Below, piece after piece: positions 9,226-18,097 of a stretch of 64,000 bases of DNA. Origin of the DNA: Clostridia bacterium (lineage in GTDB: Bacteria > Bacillota > Clostridia > RUG12999); assembly GCA_017467445.1 (NCBI GenBank), contig JAFTSG010000003.1:75753-139752 (forward strand). Reading direction: 5' to 3'. A program made the translations under genes and the position numbers. The notes under the pieces were generated by a model. The model saw nothing but the letters and a program-made list of their open reading frames with translations, did not search any database and was not told the DNA's origin. Position 1 is the stretch's first letter; every line of letters starts with the position of its first letter.

Positions 9226-11058
9226 ATGTCAGTTCTTCAGTCGGTAAATTCACCCGAAGATTTAAAAAAACTAACCGCTTGCGAGCTTGAACGCTACTGC
9301 TACGAAGCTCGTGAATTTCTTATAAATACTGTTTCGGAAACAGGGGGGCACCTTGCGTCCAATTTAGGTGTTGTGGAGCTTACCTGCGCACTGCATTACG
9401 TATTTAACTGTCCTACGGACAAGCTTGTATGGGATGTGGGACATCAGGCATACGTTCATAAAATGATTACCGGACGGCGTGATTATTTTTCTTCTCTACG
9501 TTCTCTCGGAGGTCTAGCCGGATTCCCGAAAACCACCGAAAGCGAATGTGACTGTTTTAATACCGGACATTCATCCACTGCAATTTCTGCAGCACTCGGC
9601 ATTGCACGTGCACGTGATTTAAATGGCGAGGATTTTAACGTTATCAGCATAATCGGCGATGGTGCGCTTACCGGTGGCATGGCGTTTGAAGCGCTTGCCG
9701 ATGCAGGTCAATCCAAAAATCGTATGATTGTTATTGTTAATGACGACGAAATGTCCATTTCAAAAAATGTTGGCGGCATTTCAAATCATCTTTCCAATTT
9801 GCGTACGGGTACTACTTATAACCGCATAAGAACAAAGATTAAAAAATTGGTTGAAAATGCACCCGTACTTAAAAAGGTTGCACATAAACTGCATGACAGT
9901 TTTAAATATTCCATGGTGCCGAATACTATTTTTGAAGCACTGGGTTTCAGATATATCGGTCCGATTGACGGACATAATTTAAGTCAGCTTATTAAGATTT
10001 TTGAAAGGGTCAAAACCCTTGACGGAAACATTGTAATACACGTTAAAACCGTTAAAGGAAAAGGTTATCAGCCTGCCGAGGATGAGCCAGAAGCATATCA
10101 CGGAGTATCAAAACCGTCCGGCGGACCTACCTATTCATCCGCTCTCGGCAAGGTGCTTCTTGAAGCAGCAGAAAACGACAACCGCATTGTTGCAGTTTCT
10201 GCATCTATGCAGGCAGGTACCGGCATTGAGGAATTTGCAAAAAAATATCCCGACAGATTTTTTGACGCGGGAATTGCTGAAGGGCATGCCGCAACACTTA
10301 CCGCAGGAATGGCAAGCTGCGGATTTATTCCCGTCTTCCCCGTTTATTCGAGTTTCCTACAGCGCGCGTATGACCAAGTGCTACACGACATCTGTCTGCA
10401 GAATCTGCATGTTGTACTTTGCGTTGACAGAGCAGGACTTGTTGGCGAGGACGGCGAAACCCACCACGGAGCGTATGATATTTCGTATCTTAAACATATG
10501 CCCAATATGACAATTCTTGCTCCGTCGTGTATTGCAGAGCTTTACCGTATGTTTGACTATGCACTTTATACACTTACAGGACCTGTTGCAATTCGCTATC
10601 CCAAAGGACCTCAAAAGCTTGACATACTCTATCATACTCCCCTTGAATATGGTAAAGGTGAGCTTCTTATTTCAGGCAAAGATGTGCTTATTGTTGCATC
10701 AGGAAACACTGTGCCTGTTGCATTTGAGGTATCGGATATACTTACAAGACGCAACATTGCAAGCAGCATTATTGACCTTAGGTTTGCCTCACCGATTGAC
10801 GAAGAATTGATACTTTCAAATCTTGAAGATAAAAAGCTTGTTGTTATGATTGAAGATAATGTTGACAAAGGCGGTATAAGCGAAGATGTTGTGAAAGTTT
10901 TGTATGAATCGGGCATCCGTATTCCGTTTTTGCAGCTTGGGCTTGGGTGCACACCAATTTCGCACGGAACGGTAGATGACCTTCGCACGGCATATGGTCT
11001 TTCTGCTGAAAAAATGGCGGAAAAGATAATGTATAAACTGCTTAAATTCAGACCATAA
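9226..11058 (+). CDS. dxs: 1-deoxy-D-xylulose-5-phosphate synthase
   Basis: About 610 aa from the ATG at 9226 (GGGAG RBS 8 nt upstream). Blocks WDVGHQAY, GHSSTAISAALG, IIGDGALTGGMAFEAL, GEDGETHHG. Confidence 0.95.
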   Translation: MSVLQSVNSPEDLKKLTACELERYCYEAREFLINTVSETGGHLASNLGVVELTCALHYVFNCPTDKLVWDVGHQAYVHKMITGRRDYFSSLRSLGGLAGFPKTTESECDCFNTGHSSTAISAALGIARARDLNGEDFNVISIIGDGALTGGMAFEALADAGQSKNRMIVIVNDDEMSISKNVGGISNHLSNLRTGTTYNRIRTKIKKLVENAPVLKKVAHKLHDSFKYSMVPNTIFEALGFRYIGPIDGHNLSQLIKIFERVKTLDGNIVIHVKTVKGKGYQPAEDEPEAYHGVSKPSGGPTYSSALGKVLLEAAENDNRIVAVSASMQAGTGIEEFAKKYPDRFFDAGIAEGHAATLTAGMASCGFIPVFPVYSSFLQRAYDQVLHDICLQNLHVVLCVDRAGLVGEDGETHHGAYDISYLKHMPNMTILAPSCIAELYRMFDYALYTLTGPVAIRYPKGPQKLDILYHTPLEYGKGELLISGKDVLIVASGNTVPVAFEVSDILTRRNIASSIIDLRFASPIDEELILSNLEDKKLVVMIEDNVDKGGISEDVVKVLYESGIRIPFLQLGLGCTPISHGTVDDLRTAYGLSAEKMAEKIMYKLLKFRP

Positions 11059-11068
11059 GGAGAAGATA

Positions 11069-11878
11069 ATGGCAAAAATAAGACTTGATGTATATATGAC
11101 AGAAAATGCACTTGCTCCGTCTAGGGAAAAAGCAAAGGCATACATAATGTCCGGAATTGTATTTGTAAATAATCAGAAAGAAGACAAGCCCGGCACAATG
11201 ATTGGCCCCGATGACAATGTTGAAGTGAGGGGAAAACAGCTTCAATATGTCAGCCGCGGCGGTCTTAAGCTTGAAAAAGCAATTGCCGAGTTTGGAATAA
11301 ACCTTGAAAACAAGATTTGTATGGATGTTGGCGCATCCACAGGCGGATTTACCGACTGTATGCTGCAAAGCGGTGCAGTAAAGGTTTACTGCGTGGATGT
11401 GGGATACGGTCAGCTTGCGTGGAAACTTCGCACAGACGAACGTGTTGTTAATTTGGAGCGCACAAACGTACGTTATCTTACGGATGAGCAGGTGCCCGAT
11501 GTGCTTGATTTTATTTCTGTTGACGTTTCTTTTATTTCGCTGAAACTTGTACTTCCGGTAATAAAAGAATTTCTGGCGGATAACGGACATATAATGTGCC
11601 TTATAAAACCGCAGTTTGAAGCCGGCAGAGAAAACGTTGGCAAAAAAGGCGTTGTGCGTGACAGAAATGTACATCTTTCGGTTATAAATGAGATATATGA
11701 ATTTTGCATATCTTCCGGACTTTATCCGGAAATGCTTTCTTTTTCCCCCGTTAAAGGACCTGAGGGAAACATTGAATATCTTATCTATATTTCAAAATCC
11801 GAAACTGATGTGTTTGATAAAGAAATTATTGATAGAACCGTTGCCGCATCACACGATGCGCTTGATAAAAAGGAGTAG
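11069..11878 (+). CDS. tlyA: TlyA-family rRNA 2'-O-methyltransferase (S4 domain + FtsJ-like MTase)
   Basis: 269 aa. MAKIRLDVYM...SREKAKAYIMSG (S4-like), YVSRGGLKLEKA, DVGASTGGFTD SAM-binding motif. Confidence 0.9.
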   Translation: MAKIRLDVYMTENALAPSREKAKAYIMSGIVFVNNQKEDKPGTMIGPDDNVEVRGKQLQYVSRGGLKLEKAIAEFGINLENKICMDVGASTGGFTDCMLQSGAVKVYCVDVGYGQLAWKLRTDERVVNLERTNVRYLTDEQVPDVLDFISVDVSFISLKLVLPVIKEFLADNGHIMCLIKPQFEAGRENVGKKGVVRDRNVHLSVINEIYEFCISSGLYPEMLSFSPVKGPEGNIEYLIYISKSETDVFDKEIIDRTVAASHDALDKKE

Positions 11879-11880
11879 GT

Positions 11881-12393
11881 ATGAAACTGAAAAATCTTAC
11901 ACTGGGCGCCGTGGTAAGTGCACTTATTGTGGCACTTTTTTACATAGCTACACTTATACAAACCGGTACTGTTGCAATTTATTATGTAATAAGCATTATG
12001 CTTATGGTGCTTGTGGTTGAAACCGGTATCCGCACAAGTATTGTTTCCTATGTTGTGACTGCAATAATTCTTGTGTTTATCGTTCCTGATAAGGGTATGG
12101 CAATAGCGTACACAATGTTTATAGGGCTTCACCCGATGCTTAAAGCACTTTTCGAACGTCCGCACAAACTAATCAGACATTGGATGTTAAAATTGCCGTT
12201 TTTTGTTATTGTTACGGTAGCCGGGATGTTTGTATTTTCGGCATTTGTTGCAGGCTTTGACTTGAAAATCAAAATCCTTGTAGGAATCGGCGTTGTTTTT
12301 GCAATGTGCGTATATGATTTTCTGTTGTCATTCGGCATAACATATTATAACAAATATTTGTCCGACCGAATTTTTAAAAGCCGTAAGCCTTGA
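11881..12393 (+). CDS. integral membrane protein, function unknown
   Basis: 170-aa ORF with 4-5 hydrophobic segments; starts 3 nt after the tlyA stop. Confidence 0.5.
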   Translation: MKLKNLTLGAVVSALIVALFYIATLIQTGTVAIYYVISIMLMVLVVETGIRTSIVSYVVTAIILVFIVPDKGMAIAYTMFIGLHPMLKALFERPHKLIRHWMLKLPFFVIVTVAGMFVFSAFVAGFDLKIKILVGIGVVFAMCVYDFLLSFGITYYNKYLSDRIFKSRKP

Positions 12394-12457
12394 CATAGGC
12401 TCAAGAAAAATGTATAATATTTGGGTGGATTTATTAAATAATCAGGAGGAAACATAA

Positions 12458-13189
12458 ATGTCAGGACATTCAAAGTGGTCTAATATTAAACATAAAAAGG
12501 AAAAAACAGACTCGCAAAAAGCGAAGATTTTTACTAAAATAGGACGCGAAATTTCCGTTGTTGTTAAACAGGGCGGTCCCGATCCGGCATCTAACTTCAA
12601 GTTAAAAGACGTCATTACAAAAGCACGTTCTGTTAATATGCCTAACGATAACATTATGAGATGTATCAAGAAAGCGGCAGGTGAAGGCAGCGGTGATAAC
12701 TACGAAGATATCACATACGAAGGTTACGGTCCGAAAGGCGTTGCTGTTATTGTTGAAACCCTTACAGATAACCGCAACCGTACCGGCGGCGATATGAAAC
12801 ATTATTTTGATAAATACGGTGGAAACCTTGGTGCTATGGGTTGCGTTTCATGGATGTTTGACCGCAAGGGTGTTATTATAGTATCAAAGGAAAGCGGTGC
12901 TGACGAAGAAGAACTTATGATGCAGGCACTTGACCTTGGTGCTGACGATTTTAATAGCGAAGACGAATATTTCGAAATCCTCACCTCCCCCGAAGATTTT
13001 TCCAAAGTATCGGGCGGACTTGAAGAAGCAGGATATACATTTGAATCTGCCGAAATCAGTATGATTCCGCAGAACTATACAAAGCTTACGGAAGCTGACG
13101 ATATTAAGAATATGAATAAGCTTCTTGAAATGCTTGAAGATAACGATGACGTCCAGAATGTATGGACAAATCTTGAAGATGAAGAATAA
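12458..13189 (+). CDS. YebC/PmpR-family DNA-binding regulator
   Basis: 243 aa. Signature N-terminus MSGHSKWSNIKHKK and YEGYGPKGVAVIVETLTDNRNRT. Confidence 0.95.
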   Translation: MSGHSKWSNIKHKKEKTDSQKAKIFTKIGREISVVVKQGGPDPASNFKLKDVITKARSVNMPNDNIMRCIKKAAGEGSGDNYEDITYEGYGPKGVAVIVETLTDNRNRTGGDMKHYFDKYGGNLGAMGCVSWMFDRKGVIIVSKESGADEEELMMQALDLGADDFNSEDEYFEILTSPEDFSKVSGGLEEAGYTFESAEISMIPQNYTKLTEADDIKNMNKLLEMLEDNDDVQNVWTNLEDEE

Positions 13190-13191
13190 AT

Positions 13192-13222
13192 AAATATCCA
13201 CCCGCCTAGCGGGTGGATATTT
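13192..13222. terminator. bidirectional terminator
   Basis: ATATCCACCCGC / GCGGGTGGATAT perfect hairpin between convergent genes. Confidence 0.75.
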
Positions 13223-14093
13223 ATTTATCGTGTTTACTGAATACTTCGGCGACCTCACTTATTGTAAGGTATGCTTCGTCATCAATTTCGCGTACAATTT
13301 CTTTTACTTTGTTAATCTGGAAACGGTTTATTATGAAATAAACCATTGTTTTTTCGTTTTTCATATATCCGCCTTGTGCAGCTATTTTTGTTATTCCGCG
13401 CTGAAACTCATTTGTAAGCGCATTTGATATTTCCTCGCCTCTTGAGGTAATTACAAACACCGCTTTTTCACGGTCAAAACCTTCAACAATAAAGTCAATT
13501 GTTTTAAGTGCCGCAATATATGTTACGATAGAATAGAGCGGAAGTATCCAGCTTTGTATTACAATACCGCAAATAACATAAAGCGCAATGTTATATAGCA
13601 TTACAAAAGACCCAACGGAAATACCGATTTTTTTTGCAAAAATCACAGATAATACCTCTATCCCGTCCATTGCACCGCCAAAACGTATTGCAAGACCGCT
13701 GCCCATTCCGGAAATCATACCGCCGAACAATGCACAAAGAAGCAAATCCGTTCCTGCAAGCGGCGATGCAAGGCTTACGTCAATCGGCAGAACATCCGTA
13801 ATAAGCCATGCGCATATCGAGTAAATTATTACGGTGTATATTGCATAAAAAGTGAAGGCTCCACCTTGCTTTTTAAGTCCGTATATGAAAATCGGAACGT
13901 TTAAAAGCACAAGGAAAATTGAAAGGGACATATATTCCGGCGTAATTTGCGAAAGCAGCATGGACGTGCCGGAAATTCCACTGTCGTACAGTTTCACGGG
14001 GTTTAAAAACACCGTAACGCCAAAGGCATTCACAAGTCCCGCCACCGTCAGCAGCAATATATTTATAATACTAAGTTTTTTTAAAAATTTCAT
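13221..14093 (-). CDS. YitT-family membrane protein (DUF2179 C-terminal domain)
   Basis: Polytopic N-terminal part plus a soluble C-terminal domain. The start is placed at MKFLKK (ATG 14091-14093) behind a GGAGG RBS rather than the longer ORF-track start. Confidence 0.8.
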   Translation of the reverse strand: MKFLKKLSIINILLLTVAGLVNAFGVTVFLNPVKLYDSGISGTSMLLSQITPEYMSLSIFLVLLNVPIFIYGLKKQGGAFTFYAIYTVIIYSICAWLITDVLPIDVSLASPLAGTDLLLCALFGGMISGMGSGLAIRFGGAMDGIEVLSVIFAKKIGISVGSFVMLYNIALYVICGIVIQSWILPLYSIVTYIAALKTIDFIVEGFDREKAVFVITSRGEEISNALTNEFQRGITKIAAQGGYMKNEKTMVYFIINRFQINKVKEIVREIDDEAYLTISEVAEVFSKHDK

Positions 14094-14278
14094 TACGCGA
14101 CCTCCTGATGCTATATATTTTATCATATTTAGAAGCCTGGCGCAACATTCATTTTAAAATAAAATTGAAATGCATATCATTTTTTTCGTTTGTCTAATAT
14201 TGTAAAATTATAGTTCGAGATGGTACAAATGAAACAAAAAATGAAAACATTATTGAAAAGCTGAGATGCAGAGAGCCT

Positions 14279-14428
14279 ATGCAGATACGCGAAATGCTTG
14301 TGCCTGCTGTGCTGCTTTGCCCGCGCTGCGGATGCGTTATTTTAGTGGAATATCAAAATTACTGCAACAACTGCGCTCAGCACCTTAAATGGACTTATTT
14401 TCATAAAGCGAAAGTCCGTAATATGTAA
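14279..14428 (+). CDS. possible 49-aa zinc-ribbon peptide (CPRC...CNNC)
   Basis: Short ORF MQIREMLVPAVLLCPRCGCVILVEYQNYCNNCAQHLKWTYFHKAKVRNM in an otherwise empty gap. No convincing RBS. Confidence 0.2.
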   Translation: MQIREMLVPAVLLCPRCGCVILVEYQNYCNNCAQHLKWTYFHKAKVRNM

Positions 14429-14429
14429 G

Positions 14430-15023
14430 TCAGTACCAAAATCTTCTTTGGTTTTTATAAAGATATAAAAATCGCTTTTTTAAAGTTCTTCTTGCTATGT
14501 ACAGCTGCCTTTGCACAAAGAAAACATCAAGACCATAGCGTTCAGCAATTTCAATTTCGTTAAGCCTCCTGAATGCACGTTTTTTCAGTAAATTCCGCTG
14601 AAATGATGATAGCGAAGCGAAGGCAATATGTATACACGTTTTCCATTCTTTTTCAATGGCTATACGTTCCGGCAGAGCATATTTTGAATGTATAAGGTGA
14701 AGATGTATCGGCAATTCGCCGTGCTCTGCGTATTTTTTATATTCATCCGCCAACAGGGCTTTTGCAATTTCACATACCCATGTTGAATATTTGCTTCTTC
14801 CTTTAAAGAGCGAAAGCTTTTCATAACTTATTGTAAAAGCTTCGGCAGTAATATCATCGGCTGATATATATCCTTTGAACCTTCTCCATATTTTCTTTCT
14901 TACATATCCGTGCACCAATTTATAATACTTTTCGTAAAGTATTTCCCATGCGCCAATATCCCCTTTCAGCGTTTTTCTTACTAGCCTGTAATCTTCTCTC
15001 CAAATCCTTTTGTCTATAATCAT
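14430..15023 (-). CDS. sigma-70 family (ECF-type) sigma-factor-like protein
   Basis: Region-2-like DDITAEAFTISYEKLSLFKGRSKYSTWVCEIAKALLADEYKK and region-4-like LSSFQRNLLKKRAFRRLNEIEIAERYGLDVFFVQRQLYIARRTLKK. The start is placed at ATG 15021-15023, 7 nt after a GAGGA RBS and 4 nt after the upstream stop. Confidence 0.7.
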   Translation of the reverse strand: MIIDKRIWREDYRLVRKTLKGDIGAWEILYEKYYKLVHGYVRKKIWRRFKGYISADDITAEAFTISYEKLSLFKGRSKYSTWVCEIAKALLADEYKKYAEHGELPIHLHLIHSKYALPERIAIEKEWKTCIHIAFASLSSFQRNLLKKRAFRRLNEIEIAERYGLDVFFVQRQLYIARRTLKKRFLYLYKNQRRFWY

Positions 15024-15027
15024 ATTT

Positions 15028-16110
15028 TTATCCTCGCAAAATCTTATTACACCAGCTGTCCCATGTTTCTGTCTGAATATCGAGAACGGAATAAGAATCC
15101 GCAAGATGCCGCCCGTGGCTGTCCGCCAGGTCATCTGTTGTTCTTCCTGCAATAAGAACGTAAAAGAATTTCACATCCTTATTCGGGTCAACGCCCAGTT
15201 TGTAGTCGGGACCGCGAAATGCACCATAAGGCTTTCTGCCATTCTTAACTTCAGCAAGAACTTCATGAACAAACCTACGGTATGTTTCATAATGACCTTT
15301 TATCCACTCTGCCCGTTCATTTAACTGTTCTCTACCTTCTGCCGCAAAAGATGTAAAGGCTTTATAATGGTTTTTTCTGAAAATCCCTCGTTTTGCACCT
15401 TTTATTTCAATTAGGTACACATTCATACGGGAACGCCCCGTAAAGACGGCAAAATCAACCCTGCCGCTGCCTACCGGAAATTCGCAAAAACAAACATATT
15501 CCTCCGGCGAATAAGCATAAAACTCCCCTAAAAGAGATAAATCCTCTTTTAAAAATTCTGCAAGCTCTCGTTCTGTAGGATTTTTATCCAGTAATGCTTT
15601 AAACTCGTGTTTGGAATGCTGATTTAACTTTATCTCCAGCCGACTTTGTGTAATTTCTGGATTTTCCGAATATTCAAATTGCTCTATTGCCGGAATCCCG
15701 TTCAGCGCATCGTAAATTTCTTTCATAACGCGCTCGTCATTTTTATATAAATCAAATTCGCTTTCTTCACAATCCAGTATTTTCAATATCTTTGCAAAAG
15801 AAATTGATCTCCATATTGGTCTTTCGTCTTCATCAAAACTAACCATAGAAAATTTTTCTTCCCGGTCAAATGGGCGCGGATAATGTTCTATAATTTGAGC
15901 ATTTTGCGGTATTTTTTGCAATTCTGTAAGCTGCTCCAGTATAAGTTCCAGCGCATTTGTAACCGATGTTGAACGAGCTTCTTCCGATAAGTCAGTAAGT
16001 ACAATATGAATTTTTGATTCCTTGTTTGTAAATATTCTGACTCTGCACAAAGAAGCTTCTGACGCAAATCCATATGTTTTAAATCTGAAAACAAAATCTG
16101 TAATTTTCAT
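15028..16110 (-). CDS. Shedu-like (DUF4263-type) PD-(D/E)xK nuclease, putative anti-phage effector
   Basis: 360 aa. C-terminal half ERELAEFLKEDLSLLGEFY...GSGRVDFAVFTGRSRMNVYLIEIKGAK...EQL matches the D...E.K core and the preceding E..FL....LG helix that I recall for SduA/DUF4263. Confidence 0.6.
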   Translation of the reverse strand: MKITDFVFRFKTYGFASEASLCRVRIFTNKESKIHIVLTDLSEEARSTSVTNALELILEQLTELQKIPQNAQIIEHYPRPFDREEKFSMVSFDEDERPIWRSISFAKILKILDCEESEFDLYKNDERVMKEIYDALNGIPAIEQFEYSENPEITQSRLEIKLNQHSKHEFKALLDKNPTERELAEFLKEDLSLLGEFYAYSPEEYVCFCEFPVGSGRVDFAVFTGRSRMNVYLIEIKGAKRGIFRKNHYKAFTSFAAEGREQLNERAEWIKGHYETYRRFVHEVLAEVKNGRKPYGAFRGPDYKLGVDPNKDVKFFYVLIAGRTTDDLADSHGRHLADSYSVLDIQTETWDSWCNKILRG

Positions 16111-16178
16111 AGTTCACTCCATCAATAATATTTTTTATATTGTACCATTTTCGACAAAATCTGTAAATATGTTAACAT

Positions 16179-16210
16179 AAAAAAACCCTTGCATTTTTGC
16201 AAGGGCTTTT
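16179..16210 (-). terminator. terminator of the cotJ operon
   Basis: CCCTTGCA-TTTT-TGCAAGGG hairpin with a flanking A-run and T-run, 7 nt after the cotJC stop. Confidence 0.8.
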
Positions 16211-16216
16211 ATAGAT

Positions 16217-16609
16217 TTATCTGTCTGAATTTGTCATACAACGTTTTTGCTGAAGTCTGTCAAGAGCTTCACCGAAACGCTGGAAATGCACAATTTCTCG
16301 CTGACGCAGGAATTTGATAACGTCGTTTACGTCTGGGTCATCCGATACTGTAAGGATATTATCATACACCACTCTTGCTTTTTGTTCTGCTGCGAGGTCC
16401 TCTACTAAATCAGCAATCGGATCGCCCATTACGTTAATTGCCGTAAGTTTGAGCGCTTCACCGCCGGCATTTACCGGATACACACCTTTGCCGTGGTCAA
16501 TATAATATGCACCAAACGGGCTGTTTTCAATTTCTGATTCTTTCAGGTTTTTGGTAAGCTGATGCACAATTGTGCCTACCATTTCAAGATGTGCAAGTTC
16601 CTCTGTTCC
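16217..16609 (-). CDS. cotJC: cotJC (Mn-catalase-family spore coat protein), 3' segment of a split gene
   Basis: The frame opens at the junction with (G)TEELAHLEMVGTIVHQL... and continues through DLAAEQKARVVYD...FLRQREIVHFQRFGEAL, as in Mn catalases/CotJC. It has no start of its own except an internal Met. Confidence 0.85.
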   Translation of the reverse strand, partial: GTEELAHLEMVGTIVHQLTKNLKESEIENSPFGAYYIDHGKGVYPVNAGGEALKLTAINVMGDPIADLVEDLAAEQKARVVYDNILTVSDDPDVNDVIKFLRQREIVHFQRFGEALDRLQQKRCMTNSDR

Positions 16610-16931
16610 TGTGTTCTATACCATTTTGCTCTGTTGAAAAAAATTGAAAATTTTATTTTCAGCAATAGCACAGAAAAGTATGATTTTGAAAAATATTTTA
16701 AAAAAATTTTATATTGGACATAAATTTAGACAGTGTCGTTGTTATTAATATAGAGAGGTATATATACTAGTATAAAATAATAATACAACTTAACATTCTT
16801 AAACAACTCTTAATCAGATGGGGATTGTATCTATTAGGTATTTTGCAAGGTTGGGTGGTTGTGATATGTGTATAAAGTAGCCGTAGTCAATACGTTTTTT
16901 TGTTTTAATCAGGTAAATATTTGTAAAAGTA

Positions 16932-16960
16932 TTGAAAAAGATAAAGTTTTGTGTTAAAAT
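16932..16960 (+). promoter_or_regulatory. sigma-A-type promoter
   Basis: TTGAAA (16932-16937), 17-nt spacer, TGtTAAAAT extended -10 (16955-16960). Confidence 0.55.
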
Positions 16961-16967
16961 ACAATAG

Positions 16968-17092
16968 TCACGTAGTTAAATATTCTATTATACACCATAA
17001 GGCTTGCGTTGGTAAAAACGCAGGCTTGCTGTTCGTTCCCTTATGGTGTAATGGATTAACTGCGTGACAACAGGAGCATAGCCTCGTTTTTC
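16968..17092 (+). promoter_or_regulatory. structured 5' leader (nested helices), candidate cis-regulatory RNA of unknown class
   Basis: P1 is 16968-16979 / 17056-17067 (12 bp, one G-U). P2 is 16991-17002 / 17039-17050 (12 bp, perfect). P3 is 17003-17009 / 17018-17024. Lies between a promoter and a terminator. Confidence 0.4.
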
Positions 17093-17093
17093 G

Positions 17094-17121
17094 TGCGTGG
17101 GCTTATGCCCACGCATTTTTT
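17094..17121 (+). terminator. intrinsic terminator/attenuator upstream of the 17142 CDS
   Basis: TGCGTGGGC-TTAT-GCCCACGCA followed by TTTTTT, then GGAGG RBS and ATG. Confidence 0.75.
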
Positions 17122-17141
17122 AATTTATGGAGGTTTTGCAA

Positions 17142-18041
17142 ATGAAAAGATTTCTAAGTGTTTTGATGGTTGTGATATTATCAGTAAGTGTATTTATTGT
17201 TCCTGTATCAGCCAATAATGAGTTGTCAGTTGTGCTGAATGGTGAACCATTAGAATTTGACGTTCAACCACAAATAATTAATGGTCGTACCATGGTTCCT
17301 ATGCGTAAAATCTTTGAAGAATTAGGCGCAACTGTAGATTGGGATGGTAGCATACAAAAGATAACTGCAAAAAAACAAGATATAACAGTTGTTATGCAGA
17401 TTAATAGCAATATATTATCAGTAAACGGAAACAATGTTACATTAGATGTTCCACCGCAATTAGTTAATGGAAGAACTCTTGTTCCTGTAAGAGCGGTAGC
17501 GGAAAGTTTTGATATACATGTATTATGGGATGAAGTTTATAATAATGTTGTTTTATCTACATACATTCCTCTTGAAACATCAATACAAGCATTCAATTAT
17601 CTAGGTGCTTGGTTACTTGAGAATGGAAAAGTTTTTGGAGAATATGTATATGTAGGTTGGGAAGTAGTAGAGGGTGTTAATGCAGAAATTCGTTGTTATC
17701 CTGAAAGTGGGAATATAGCATTTTATCTTGATAGTTATCAAAATGACGGCATAATGACTGCAATAAATATATGGCCGACTTATGATGGAAACGATGTCTA
17801 TGCAACATATATTAGCGGTTCTCAAACTTGCAGAATTGATGGAAATATTAATATGGCGATGCATACCCCAAATTATCCACTTGCTTATAGAGAGTGTGAG
17901 CCAGGGGAATTTGAAACAACATACAACTTACTTGATGATACAAGAGAGAGAATTAATGTTTTGTTAAATGAAGTTGACTTGCTTTTAGCATTTGAGAATT
18001 CAGGTGTTAATTTAAATACGTTAGGTTTTAAAAAATATTAA
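17142..18041 (+). CDS. secreted protein with copper-amine-oxidase-N-terminal-like (stalk) repeats
   Basis: Signal peptide MKRFLSVLMVVILSVSVFIVPVSA. Two repeats of LNGEPLEFDVQPQIINGRTMVPMRKIFEELGATVDWD / VPPQLVNGRTLVPVRAVAESF. Start chosen 8 nt after GGAGG. Confidence 0.7.
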   Translation: MKRFLSVLMVVILSVSVFIVPVSANNELSVVLNGEPLEFDVQPQIINGRTMVPMRKIFEELGATVDWDGSIQKITAKKQDITVVMQINSNILSVNGNNVTLDVPPQLVNGRTLVPVRAVAESFDIHVLWDEVYNNVVLSTYIPLETSIQAFNYLGAWLLENGKVFGEYVYVGWEVVEGVNAEIRCYPESGNIAFYLDSYQNDGIMTAINIWPTYDGNDVYATYISGSQTCRIDGNINMAMHTPNYPLAYRECEPGEFETTYNLLDDTRERINVLLNEVDLLLAFENSGVNLNTLGFKKY

Positions 18042-18062
18042 TATTTTATTTCTTCATGGGCG

Positions 18063-18091
18063 TTGACTATAGTATTTAATGGAGGTATAAT
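18063..18091 (+). promoter_or_regulatory. sigma-A-type promoter
   Basis: TTGACT (18063-18068), 17-nt spacer, TATAAT (18086-18091). Confidence 0.6.
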
Positions 18092-18097
18092 ATATAT

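Noticed and set aside
14430-15152. The 240-aa version of the sigma-like ORF, which overlaps the Shedu-like gene by 125 nt
   Set aside because: The extra N-terminal 43 residues lie within the upstream gene's coding region. An internal ATG at 15021-15023 has a proper GAGGA RBS and gives a normal-length ECF sigma.
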